Assembly: GCA_013265495.1 (NCBI GenBank)
Contig: MU057887.1
Location: 321,985-385,984 of the forward strand
Source: Vicugna vicugna
Lineage: Eukaryota
Reading direction: 5' to 3'
DNA length: 64,000 nucleotides
Shown in pieces: positions 39,121-51,916 of the stretch. Made by a program: the position numbers and the translations under genes. The stretch's first letter is position 1, and every line of letters begins with the position of its first letter. The notes under the pieces are model-generated. The model was given only the letters and a program-made list of their open reading frames with translations, was not told where the DNA came from and searched no databases.

Positions 39121-40265
39121 TTTTTTAAAAAGCGTTAATCCTTGGAGGTCCTAGTACACCATTCCAGAAGTGCTCCTGCCTGTGACATCATTCTGGAGCG
39201 CAGAGAATGTGTGAGATTTCTCATTGGGTATCAATATTGTTCTATAAGTAGCTTCTAGGGGGTAGTATAAGGGTTCCTACTTTATAGTGTGCAATTATCA
39301 CACTCATTGTCTCCAGGCAAGAGTTATCCTTGAACAGACCTCATCATCTGGTACCACACACAAGGGCTATGCTAAAGTTGTAGATAAAAACTAGCATGCC
39401 GACCTCTAATGCTTTCTTCAGTTTTCTCTTGTGAAAATCATATGCACCATGTCTCCAGCACCCTCAAACTTTCACCCAGACTATACATTTCATCGGAAAA
39501 TCATAATCACCAAATGATACAGCTGTCAGGATTTTATCTCCCTCTAGACTCTGACTGCAGGATCTGACTGCAGCCTAGCTTATTTCACTGTTAAGTTCTT
39601 CAAATTCTCAGTACATGGCTTTATGTATCATAATTAGATTATCTTAGTTCAAGTGCTCGCCTCTCCATTACCTCTCTCTCAGAATGTTGATTTTCGCTAC
39701 AAAAAACCCTCAAAAGTGAAATGCTAAATCAGAGTTTCATTGGTCTCTGTAATGTGGAACTTTACCCAGTAGCTTATCTACCTTTAGTCTCTGTCCTCAT
39801 AAAATGCTGAGATGTTCTTTTCATATGAAGTTTATCCAATCATAAGTATTAAAAATGTATTTTGCATTTGGAAGTGAATGCCAAATGTGTTTTGCTGGCA
39901 AAAAAAGAGCCTAAAGCATAAAACAATTATGGAAATAATTAAACTAAACCATAGATAGTGTGGCTTATTGCTGTTACAGATACCCAAAATGCAACATGTT
40001 CTTCTGGGAACGATTTCAATTATAGTGATGGTAGTACCCTTGCCTGGTACAGCTCAGTGCAAGTGTTCTGCACGCATTTATGTGGATACACAACCTGAGA
40101 TTGGCTTATTCCAATTGTGCTCATTATTTTCAATATTCTACAACTACCCTTTATTCAAAATATTCTTTTCATTAAAATAGAATCGTCTATAGTTCATGTC
40201 TAGACAGAGACTGGTGTTCACTAACAATCCTGTAACCCAAATCATTTAAGCCCTGATTGAACACG

Positions 40266-40670
40266 TTGCAGATGGAACTGTGCCCCTAGCCCAAATTCGT
40301 ATGTTGAGACCCTAATCCCTAGTGTGACTATATTTGGAGATAGGGCCTGTATGGAAGTAATTAAGGTTAAACGAGATGATTAGGTGGGGCCTTAATCTTA
40401 CAGGGCCAGTGTCCTTTAAGAGACACCAGTGGGAGACCTCATTCTTTCTCTTGCTCTCTCCCTCTCTGCACACACCACACACCAGGGAAAGGCCATGTGA
40501 GGATGTAGTGAGAAGGCAGCCATCTACAAGCCTGGAAGAGACCTCCCAGCAGGAACCGACCGTGCTAGAGCCTGGTATGGGACTCCGACCTCCAGAATTG
40601 TGAGAAAATAAATGTCTGCCTCTTAAATCTCCCAGCCTGCTTAGTTATGACAGCCTGAGCAGCTACACAC
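40266..40670 (+). mobile_element. MaLR LTR (MLT1A/B-like)
   Basis: aaattcgtatgttgagaccctaatccctagtgtgactatatttggagataggg...cctccagaattgtgagaaaataaatg. Confidence 0.85.
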
Positions 40671-41409
40671 CATGCCTGCGGTGGAGAGGTTGGTGAATCA
40701 GACAAAGGCCTAGGCCTTAAGAGCACACTGTCTACTAAGAAGGGACATCTCATGAAAATACGTCATAAGCGCTTCTAACTTAGCCTGGGCAATCTGAAAG
40801 GCTCCACAGAGCACACATTTGAGCGAGGTTTTCAAAGTGGCCCAACCAGGAGAAGAAACCACAATCCAGGCAGAGAGAACTCCCAGCAAGGACTAAGAGA
40901 CTTTAAAAGGCAGATGTATTTGGTGAGCACTGAGAGGCTATAGGGTGTGGATAGTATGACAGGGAATGCTGGAAGGGCACTGTTGTCTGTATCCATAGAA
41001 ACACCATAGCGATAGTGCTGTGGCATTCTGAAGGCGGCCCAAGCAAAAGCTGGAGCACTCAGAAAAGATGAGGTCTGAAAGAAAGGAGAATTTGGATACG
41101 AGGGAAGAGAGGGGAAACATTCAGGTGAGGAAATACAGGAATTGAAAGAAGTTCTATTTTTTTCAGTAATTTAAGTTTTAAAATTAAAAGTTTAGTATAC
41201 AGAAGAAAGTTCATAAATCAAAAAGGTATAGCTTGATGAATTATCAGAAAAGAAATATATCCACATAACCCCCTTCCAGAACAAGAAACAGAACACTGTT
41301 CTGTGTATCTTTTTGTCTTTAAATGTTGATCCATGGCATGTATTATCCGTTTGAAAATATAAACGTAACTGAGAAACAAAAACATAACGAGGCGATATAT
41401 TGTCTCCTA

Positions 41410-41780
41410 GGCCCAGTCGAATAATGACTACCCAAAGATGTAAAATCCAAACCCCAGAAATTTGCAAATGTTACTTTATTTGGAAAAGAGATCTCTGCAG
41501 ATGTGACTAAATTAAGGATTTAGAGATGAAGATAAAACAGGTGGATTATCTGAGTGGGTCCTAAAAGCCATCACAAGTGTCCTTACAAGAGAGAAAAGGG
41601 AGGCAACACAGACACACAGATGAGTGATGTGAAGACAGAGGCAGAGATGGGCATGATGAAGCCACAAGCTCAGGAATGTTGGGAAGACCACCAGACACTG
41701 GAAGAGGCGAGAAACGGACTCTCCCCTAGAGCCCAGTGGCAATTTATTTCTAGGGTTATTGGAACCCTAGGAAACTATAA
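41410..41780 (+). mobile_element. MaLR LTR (MLT1C/D-like), internally deleted
   Basis: atgttactttatttggaaaagagatctctgcagatgtgactaaattaaggat...gtgaagacagaggcagagatgg. Confidence 0.8.
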
Positions 41781-42830
41781 TAAGGGTAAAGTATAAAAAG
41801 AACACCAATTTATTATTTTATGTTTGTTTTGAATTTCTTACTAATTTGACTTCAATTTCTGTTTCAACTCTTATTTTCATTTATTTTTTTTGGCTGAATT
41901 TATTCCTGGGCCGTAAGTTTTTGTTTCTTCAGTTTCTTCTGGGATACCTCTCTCTTCTGTGCAACCTCCTCTCCTGGTTTAGGAACAATCCGCTCGTTTT
42001 CAGCAGTAAGAACCATCTCAACGCAGCAGGCAGAGCTCATGTTAAGGGTTGATCCGACTGTGAGCTCCGTAAGTCCTGTGCTGCATCTTGGGGGCTTTGT
42101 TCACCTGGATGTGCTCGATGACCAGAGGATTTAAGCCCTTAAGTTCAGCATTACTCTGCATTTTTGAGCAGGTGTGATAAAAATTCATCACTCTTTTTGG
42201 GCCATCAATCCTACGATTTGACTTAAATTTCTAAACAAGAGCCCTCTCTTTCCTGGGAAATGCAATAATTGTTTCTGATGTGGTATTATCTTGTTGTATA
42301 AGGATTCTGTGTTTGAATAAATCTGTGACAATCTGGGTTAAGTACTTTTAAATAACTTGATATCACAACTTCTCCGGTCCCTAAATACGATAATATGCCA
42401 GTGACACTCCGAGATTAGGGACACAGCACATAGCATATCCCAAAACTTACTGACCATGGAATTCTCTTACTTCAGAGCATTTCTCGGCAGTGATATTCCA
42501 CCAAGTGTTTGTTGGTAAATGCTGACGTGCAGCAAAGAAAGGACAGCCTTGAGAAATTTCACTTGGCCCAGGAAGCGGCCTCCTGATGGAGCACCCGGCC
42601 CCACTGAAAGCAAGCGCCCTTCCTGTAATAACCAGAACGCCTGCATGCGCGCTCCTCGCCTCTGCACCTGGACAGGGGTGAGTCTACACGGCAGCATTTT
42701 CTCTCCAAACCCAGCTTATCTGGCTTTTGTTACAAACAACACCTTCTTTTGATGAATCATTTTCTTAAAATTTATTTTTATCAGTTAGGCCAAATAGCTT
42801 TCCCTAATTGAGAAGACTTTATCTAGTGGC

Positions 42831-43235
42831 TATATTAGTTTCCTGAGGCTGGTGTAACAAATTACCACAAAATAGGGGCCTTAAAACAGGAGAAATTTGT
42901 TCTTTTGCAGTTCTGGAGGCCAGAAGTCCAAACTCCAGCAGGACCATACTCCCTCTCTTCCTCGCCTCTCCCTGCATCTGGCGGCTCCAGGTGTTCCAAG
43001 GCTTGTGGCTGCGTCACTCCATTCCCTTCCTCTGTCTTCACATGGTTCGCTTTTCCTCCCGCTGATAAAGATGCCTGTCACTGCATTTAGGGCCTACCCA
43101 GAAAATCCGGAGTATCTCATCTCAAGGTCCTTAATTATATCTGCAAAGACCCTTTTTCCAAATAAGGTCACATTCACACGTTTCAGGGATTTGAGTATAG
43201 ACATATCTTTTAGGGGCCACTATTCGACCTACTAT
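42831..43235 (-). mobile_element. MaLR LTR (MLT1C/D-like)
   Basis: tattagtttcctgaggctggtgtaacaaattaccacaaa...atctgcaaagaccctttttccaaataaggtcacattcac. Confidence 0.85.
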
Positions 43236-46200
43236 AACCCTGAAAGAGATACTAGGGTCAATCTGTCACCAAAATCATCTCTGGGTAAGTTAATAACAGA
43301 AGCCTAGGCCTGCAAAGTTGTAGGCCAGATCCTGGACAATAAATTCATCTAACAATACCCTTCTGCCTTAACCTCAACCATTCCATCACCTCTTTTTCAA
43401 AACATCGGCAGTCACTATTATTATTTCCATTTTACAGATACATAAACCGAGGTTCAAAAATTTTAAGTCAACCTCCAAGGTCATACAGCTAGCGAGTGAC
43501 AGAACTGGAATTCAAACTCTAGTCTTTCTGATTATGAAACTATACACTCTCAGCTCTATTCTTTAAAGATCTGATTCCCAGAGCTGACTAATTACAAAAG
43601 CCAATTTTTAGTGGGTACATACGTGCCAGGCCCCATTCTAAGCACTTCAACTCTATTACTTCGATTTAATCTTCAGCAACCCCATTAGATGTGACGAGGA
43701 AACAGCTGTTCTGAGTTGCTGAGGCATTTTAGTGTGACAACCCTGCTCACACCCAGAGTCTGGACATTCAGATAAGGGCCTGAGCTTAGGATTCCCACCC
43801 AAGTTCCTGCTTTGCTTTTCCTGGGGCACCTCTGAAAATAAGCACTTGGAGTTGAGCTTACAGAGTTACAAGCCACCTTATAATCCGGTTCTCTGTGTCC
43901 TGCTTGCCCGTGACTAGGACGGGGACTGCCCTTCCCCAGTCATTATGCTCCCCTCTCCCATTTCTGGGATCTGTAAGTGAAGAATCTTGTGACTGCGCCC
44001 TCTGTCTGAGTGTACTGGAACTGCAGCTTCAATCGCAACGACCCCGGGCTTCACCTCCCCAAGTGGGAGCTCCGATGCCCATGCAGAGGGAGCTCCCTGC
44101 TGACTCCACGTGGGTGGCTTGTGCCTCCTGATTCAGCAGGTTTTGATCTGCAAATTCTTAATATGCCAGCTACACCTTCCTCCACCCAACAGAAGTCAAA
44201 TATCTTGACCAAGGTCACAGTGCTGGGAAGTAAAATGAAAGCAGCCTGTCTCCAGCGTCCCACAGTAACTTCTACTCTCTTCACTGCCTACTCCAACTGT
44301 GGCCTCAACTGCTCCGAGTAGGAAGAGATCTAAATATTACATCCAATTAATGCAACCTAAGATCCTATGGCAGTCATGTCACATTTGGGCACTTGGACAC
44401 TGCTGAATGGGCACCCACACCTATTCTCTTCCTGCCAAAAGGATCCACTAAAGTCACAAACCTGGAGAAAAAGTATGTGGCAAGGGCTGCAGGGAAGGGG
44501 TGGACAGGCAGAAAAAAGGCTAAGAATAAGAAAGGGCCAGACACAAAAGGAAGCAGATGAGGGATCACGGGGTAAAGTGGCTGGCAGGACAACATGGAGA
44601 AGCAAGACAGAGCCAGGTGAAGGAAGACTGCGGGCTAGTTTAGGACAATCTCATGAACACTGTGTTCCTGTCACGTTCTTTCTTACATTATGAGTCCTTA
44701 AAGGAAGACCAGTCACTGTACTCTACCACCTAGATTAGCGATCCCATACAGGAACCCTTGAAAATGGCTAATCACTTGTCGCACAAGCAACCGAGGAGAA
44801 GAGGGTCATGTTCCCACAGCTTCAGGCGTGGGCGGGGGGAGAACAAGCTGGATCTCTTCGAAGACATAGTAACTCTGCTCTTCTGTAGTTTCCATACCTT
44901 CTTCTCCAAAACTAGTAACTGTAATTACTTTAAACCTCTGTGTGCTCTGTTCACTGTTCCATCACCATCTCCCACTTCTCCACTTACACAAAATCCACTC
45001 ATCCTGGGAGAGCATTTAGCTCCAAAGCTGTGAATATTTTCTTGATCACTTCTGCGTGATTTCCCCCTCCTTGGAACTTGGAACAGTATTTGCCAGTCAT
45101 CACTGACACATGATGTCTCTCGATCGTTTTATTATTTAATTCCTATCAGCTAATTTTGTTCCCCACAAAGACACATTATGCTATTTTACATAATTCATAG
45201 CATCAGAACAGTTATTTTTAAACATACTATATATTATTACTGCTTTTTTAGTGACTGTAAAGCCCCCCCAAAAATAACAGCAATAACAAAAAATAAAACC
45301 AAAAAAAAAATAGCTCGAGAAAATTTAGCCATTAGCTTTAATCCTTTTGCACTGAAGCCTGAAATACGACAGTTCAAGTCAATGGATTGGAATCTCCAGG
45401 ACAAATGAAGTCATGCACAGCTCAAAGTCTCTAGAGAATCCAGCCGAACCCCAGTTTAATGTTGTTTGCTATGAAGATGTGTTTAGATTGAGAAAGGTCT
45501 AGTCTAGAACCAATGAAAAGGAACAGGGAGTTCCTGACCCCTAAACAATGTTTCAAGGAGCCTACTGGAAATCTTAAGTCTCACTCATCATAAAACTGTT
45601 CCAGCTATAACATCACAGTTCTTTGCTTTTAGCTGGAATAACAAGAACTCAGTGAGATTATTTATTATAAGGAGGCAAAGACCTCTGCATGTCAGTCACA
45701 TTTTTGATTAGTAAAGGGAAACTGAATTATCACTTCACAAATAAAATCTGATAATAAACAAAATCTTTCAAAACAAGAATCCTACTAGAAAAAAATAGTT
45801 AAAAACCTTTCACAGTGTTTAGGGTGGGGATAAGCTCCAAGAGACTTAAAGACAAGGGCTACTATCTTAGTAACATCAGTCCATTTACTGAGCCCTTACT
45901 GTGTGCTTCACAAAAATGTTCTCCTTTAGTGCTCACAACTCCATGAAGGCACTAGGAATTACCTTCAGCTCACAGATGAGGAAACCGAGCTCAGAGTTCA
46001 ATAGCGTGTCCAAGGCCACCCCCCTGGGAAGCACCATGTTCAACAACCAAAATCAGGACACTTAACTCCAAAGCGTGTTCTCAATCACCATGTTATACTA
46101 TTTTATTCATCTCCCTTCACTCACTTGGTTGGCTGACCTTTGCCTTCCCAACAACTAAAGGAGGTGGACTTTCCAACTAGGTTCAAGCTCAGGCAAGAAG

Positions 46201-48667
46201 AATCCTGGGTGAAAAACAAGACTGTTGATCAGTGCCTGTTGTACACCCATCATCCACCAGACTTCTGGCTCTCAGACCAGGTCTGGGGAAATGTGAACCT
46301 TTCAAGAACTCTTAAGTTCCTGTGGCACAACTATTTAAGGATTCCATGCTCTGTGGTCCGGGGATGATAACACCAAATTCTTCATTCTGCTGCCTTTAGG
46401 ACTTACCTTCTCTTGACCATGGAGGTCATTTTATCAGTATTCAACACGAACCACACAAAGAACTGAAGAACAGGATGAGAAAAGCAGTGTAAGACATTCT
46501 TTTTCAGCACGACATGCTATCTGCCCACCTGTCCTAACCTTTTTTTTCTATTCTTTAGGTAAAAGATACTCTACGACAGGGCACAGATTTCGGTCAAAAA
46601 GTGACCCAAAATAAAGGAGAAAAGTGCGATTACATTTCTGGATTCAAAGAGGTCACTTCAGACACAAGAGGTGCCAATTTCTACTAGTGGGGATCTTCAG
46701 CAGTACCACTCCATGCCTGCAGCCCCACTGCTGGGCTGATGATAGAAAAAATACTTCTCATTTCAATGTCTTAACATTAGGAGCACAGTGTGGTCCTGCA
46801 GGCTTCCTGTTGTTGGATGCTTTCTAGGAAGCCCAAACAGAGAATGATTCCAGTCTCAAGTTTCTCAATCTAAAACAAAGGCCAGAACACAGCTGGAATT
46901 CAACAAATGTTATCTCGCAATTTTCCTTACTAGGGTAAACTAGGCTTAAATTATCTGAGACATGTATGACTCAACCACATATCTAAGCTGACACAACAGC
47001 GGTTCCTGTCACGGAACTCAAGCAGAAAGGAATGCAAGATTACCTCGCTATGAATTCGTTTTCAATTAGGTAAAGTAGGTAAACCGATGTGTCTGGTTAT
47101 TTATGTAGTGAACAAAAAGGTGAAAATGATCTAGCCTGGCAACCATAAAAATCTGCAGAGCTTAAGCAAATTCAAAGAGATTTTTGAAAGGTAGATTTCA
47201 GAAAAAAACTGGCTAATGGTTTTGGAAGACTGTTTCAGAAAATGAGGGACAAAGAGCCTCAGTCAATGGAAGTAGCCAAATTCAGTGGAGGTAGAGGTTG
47301 CAAGCAAACTGCCTCCATTCTGAGTTACAGCTTGTTTAAAGCTGTCATTTTAGTAAGAACTGAAATCCACCATGTAACGGGCAAGTCAGCTAAAGTGCTA
47401 CTATGCTATTATATGCATAAATCTTTTTTATTTGCATTAGAAAGACATCAATTGCCTCATACTACAATATGTAATTAAGAAGTCAATGTACTATTTCACT
47501 TAGCTTTACAAGATAAATATTGTATTACTGCAAAAATAAAGGCTGTGATTTTAACTAGCCATATTTCAATGTTGACTATAAGAAAAGTCTACCACTACTT
47601 AAGCTGCTTTTTATGCTAAGGACCTAGATATTACACAGAAAGATGACTAGTAATTATATTTTCACATTAAAAACAAAAACTACCATTCAATTTCTAAGGC
47701 ACCAGAAAATTTGTAATGAATGAACCAAACTTGAAGATTCACAAACTACTAGTCAGAAGGGAACTCAGCAACCTCTGGGATAATGTTTCTTTCAATGAAG
47801 AAAAAGGAGGGTTCATTCATTTGGTAACTAGGTGAGTGCGTATTATGTGCTAAGGATGGTTAGGCAAGAGGTTAAGGCTGGGGGTTGGGAGGGAGAACAA
47901 GGAGAAATGTGGCTAGAAAGGTTTAAGTGTAAGGATTTAGAATAGTCACTGTGATGTGTGGGAAAGCTGACCTGGGGCAGCTGTTAGAGATGAGATAAGG
48001 GGCCATTTGTAGCTGGGTTCCAAACATCTTGGGAGTTACCAACAGGAGGCATTCAATGATTGTTCCTTCAACATGTAAAAGGGGACACTGGGCTGGAAGT
48101 GAGACCTGGGCTCTGCCAGAGCTCTGTCACTAACCAGTCGTATGGCTTTGCCAAGTCATGTACCATCCTGAAAGTTCTGCATTATAAGCTCTCTTTTTGT
48201 TGATAAAAATGAAAATTCCTAAGAGTATGCCTCGAAAGATCTTTGTGATACACCGTTAGTCAACATTCTCTATTTATACATAAAGTTCACATTATTCCAT
48301 CCAATTTACAAGGATGGTATGAAAGATACACAATACAGTTCCCTGGCTGGGTATTTCTTTTCACATACATCCTGAGAAAAACAACAAACACCTGGCAACA
48401 TCTGTTGTGAATTTCTTATCCTAGGGGAAGTAAACATATTGGCAAGGAATAGGAGCCATCTTTTTTTTAAGCATTTGTAACGTGTAATCTAGTTATCTAG
48501 ACAAGCAGTCTTTAATACATGAATCCATAGATATGCTTTTGGGGGGGTTCAAAAACACCCTGAAATTACATGCAAACTGATTTTCTACCTGAATGTATGT
48601 AAACTTTCTTCACATTTTCAATATCCATAAAACCTCTCCCTGCCAAAAAAAAAAAAAAGTTAAGAAC

Positions 48668-49068
48668 TGTGGGGCCAACTGCTGTTCTTTAAAGTCCTGG
48701 GCTCTCAGACATCTTCAAAAGATAAAATAGTCTCTTCTGGGTGTGTTCATCTTAACAGACTAATAGCCCTTGATAATGCCTAATTTCACAGTCGCTCAGG
48801 CTGGCTTCAGCCTACCTCAAACCCCAGTCCTTGGCGGACCCTGAACTATCTGCCTCACCTACAACCAGTCAGAGGCTTGTGCACAAGTCGATCAGGCACC
48901 TTGCCACCCTCCCAGGGTGAACCCAGAGGGCTCACAAAGGCACCTGTCAGTGTGGCCCACTGTTGTCTATGGCACCATACCCTAATAAACTCCTTTTCCA
49001 TTTTCATTCTTTCTTTGGTGAATTCTTTTACCACCCTTGACACTGGCCCGCCTCCTCCCTCTGTCCCA
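48668..49068 (+). mobile_element. Solo LTR (401 bp) with perfect 5-bp TSD, family not recognised
   Basis: TG...CA termini; AGAAC at 48663-48667 and 49069-49073; AATAAA at 48984; splits the terminal aagttaagaac|cgctgctcta of a hAT-Charlie-type element. Confidence 0.8.
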
Positions 49069-49399
49069 AGAACCGCTGCTCTAAGAATGTTTCTTTTCTG
49101 AAGCAACTTTCCTAATCAGTATTAACTAATTAGTAATAATGGGTCTAATTCCCAGCGTCCTATTAACCGCCGGGCAAGGAGGTAAAACTGAACTGCTCTG
49201 TACAGTTTAACGTGTCACCGCACTGCTTGAAATACCACACCGTGGTCTCTGGAATGCTATCCTGCAGTACTCAGGTAAGAGCACAAGGACACAAAGCCAG
49301 ACACTGGACACGCTAGTCCCACGGTTTAAAAACGAGTTTGCAGACTTCATCGTCGCTGGTCCCTACAGGTGTGCAATTTGGGGCAGGTTACTTCGCCTC

Positions 49400-50700
49400 T
49401 AGGGCGCCCACCGCGGGGAACAAATACAAGCCGGCCGTGGCCTGGCGGACGGGTGCGATTTCCTCATCCACGACCGAGGCGTCGTCCCGGCCGGCTCCCA
49501 ATCCCAGGCCTTCCGGGCCCTCCGCAGCGGGGACGTCGCGGGCCCTCGGGCAGGGCCCCCTGAGGGAGCGCTCGCGGACGGAGGACTGCGCCGAGCTCCC
49601 GACGTGGCGCCGCCCGCTTTCACTCACATCTCCCGGAGTCACGGCCTGACTCTCCTCAGCCCTCCAGCACCCTACACGGAACACCACGAATCGCTGCCAC
49701 GCTCACTGACCGGCCCCGCGCTCTCTCCCAGCCGCCTAACATATCGAGGCTGCGCCCACTTACAGCGGCGACCCGCACACGAAGGCCTCCAACGCTTACG
49801 GCGGCCGACACGTGACCAACGCGCGCAAACTCCGGCCGCAGACGCCGGCTTCCCTTAGTGGCCGGCAAGCGGGGTGCGCGCATGCTCACGCGCATGCGTG
49901 AGACGGAAGCGCTCCTCCGGCGACAGTTTCAAAGCCGCTGGGCGCATGCGCCGCGTGACGCCGGCTGTCGGCTGTAGGAGGTGCTGTAAACCGAGGCTCC
50001 GGCGCGCTTGCGTAGTAGCAGGACGCGGGCGTTTCTTTCCTTTTTTTTCGAATTGGTTTTGAGGGGTAGATTCGAGTTACAAAATGGCGGCCTGGGGCGT
50101 GTTGGGTGCTGTTCTCCCAGCGGTCTCCGGCTGAGCGGACGGCTCTCCCTTCCGTAACCGAACACAAAGCGACGAGCCCCCCCCGAGGGACATGGTGTTT
50201 GAGGCTCAGGGCTTGCTGACCACCACAACCTTTGAGGTTCTCAGCGCACCGGAAGCGACCGGGCGCCGCTTCAGACCCGAGCGCCACTGCGCACCCCGAC
50301 TTCGCCGCGCCCTCAACCCAGCGAGGGCCGCCGCGGCCGCCCGGGAGGTAAGAGGCGGGCGGGGGCCGAGCGCGGAAGCCGGGCTGCGGGGCCCGGGGCT
50401 GGGGCGGAGGAAGCCGGGCTCGGGGTGCGGGGCCCGGGCCTGGAAGGGAGGAGCCAGGGTGCGGGGCCCCGGCTGCTGTGGGGGCGCTGAGGGGAGCCGG
50501 GGAGGGTACGGCGGGGTGTCAGCGGAGACGCAGTCGGGGGTGTTTGTGAAGCCGGGCTCCGGGCCGACCTGTCGGGGCTGCGGTGTCCAGCTTGGGTAAG
50601 GCTCGCCCGGGCGCGGGGCCCCTGCGGCCTCGGGAGAGGCCGGAGGCCGGAGCGAGCAGGGGCCGTCCTGGCGTGGCCTTCTCGGTTCATTTCCTAGCGG
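49400..50700. promoter_or_regulatory. CpG-island, TATA-less, probably bidirectional NUP50 promoter
   Basis: Dense CpG. E-box CACGTGAC at 49809; NRF1-type sites at ~49877, ~49889 and a perfect GCGCATGCGC at 49942-49951; ETS CGGAAG at ~49904; YY1 CAAAATGGCGGC at 50080-50091; GC box GGGGCGGAG at ~50401. Confidence 0.9.
50030..50347 (+). other. NUP50: Probable non-coding exon 1 of NUP50 (start approximate)
   Basis: Inside the CpG island; GAG|gtaaga donor at 50348; YY1-type motif at 50080 of the kind typically found just after a TSS. The TSS itself cannot be read from sequence. Confidence 0.65.
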
Positions 50701-51902
50701 TTCCTCTCGGTACTCGTCTCTCTCTTCTCGCTCCCTCCTCTGCCTCCTTGGTCTGGCTTCACTTTCTGACTGCACTCGCTGGCTGTTGATCACCCCTTTA
50801 CCCGTATTCGATTGAGAAGCAGTTTTGAGATTTCGTTTTCCCCTAGCGTTTCAGTCTCTGGGGTCCGCACCCGCGTTCCCCTTTTCCTCCGGGCATCACG
50901 CTGTCAAGTATGGTCAAATCCGTTTTCGTCTTAGGGTTAACTGATGTGGAGTGAAGTTCAGCCCCAAGGGTGGGGCAGCACCAGGTGGCAGAGACTGTAT
51001 AACTATACACCTGGCACAAATAAAGTTTTTTCTAATTACCAAAAGTTTCAATTTCCTATCAAAGTATGCTTCATACCTAGTAACCATTTCATAATTTGGT
51101 GCCTTTTAAACCACAAGCCCAAATGTTAAAAACCCAAATGTTAATAATAATAGTAGTACATAGGAGTCAGGCCTTGTTAAAGTACATTACAGGGATTTTT
51201 TCCCCCTTTTTCTGGCATAAAAAGAAAATTTATTATCTGAGGTATCATGCATTGAAATAAAATATGGATTCGGTAAAGTATTTTTTTAAAACCTGACTCA
51301 TAATTAAAGTTAATTCTCTTCTTCCACACTGCAACTTTTAAGTTTGGGAGGAAAAGTGGTACTTTATAAAGGCTTTGCTTCTAACAAAACGTATCTTTAA
51401 TAGTTGCTGAGCCCTTCCTCTGTTCCAGACACTGTTGTAAACCAAGTTTTTTGTGTATCATTTAATTTTCACATCTCCTCCCTGTTATACAGATGAAGAA
51501 ACTGAGGTACAAAAATTAAATAATTTGCCCAAGGTCTCCAGCAACAAAATGGCAAAACTGAATGCTAGATTGTGTTGTATTTTCTCAAATATGTATTGCC
51601 CTACATCACTGATTCTCCAACAGCTAGAACATCTACTGTGCAGTTGAGAGGTTTGGGGCATTTGGGGTACGTCAGTGAGTAAAACCAAGATAACCTGCTC
51701 TCTGGTTGGGTCATTGATAGGGTAAATGATAGACCGTGGAAGCCGCTACGTTAATTTAGGTTGTTTATGCCAGTTATCTCTTCAGTTGGGGGTATGAGTG
51801 AGATGTTAAAATTTCACTTATCGTTTTTGTACTTTTAGCTCCACTCCTTTTTGCCAGTTAATCTTAATAACATTAATAGCAAAAAATGACTGGTTTCGAC
51901 TT

Positions 51903-51916
51903 CTGCCCTCTGGTGG
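51903..51916 (-). promoter_or_regulatory. CTCF-like motif in NUP50 intron 1
   Basis: Reverse complement reads CCACCAGAGGGCAG, a full match to the CCASYAGRKGGCRS core. Confidence 0.6.

Noticed and set aside
50206..50793. 195-aa minus-strand ORF and other ORFs over the CpG island
   Set aside because: Pro/Arg/Ala-rich open frames are expected in stop-poor GC-rich DNA.
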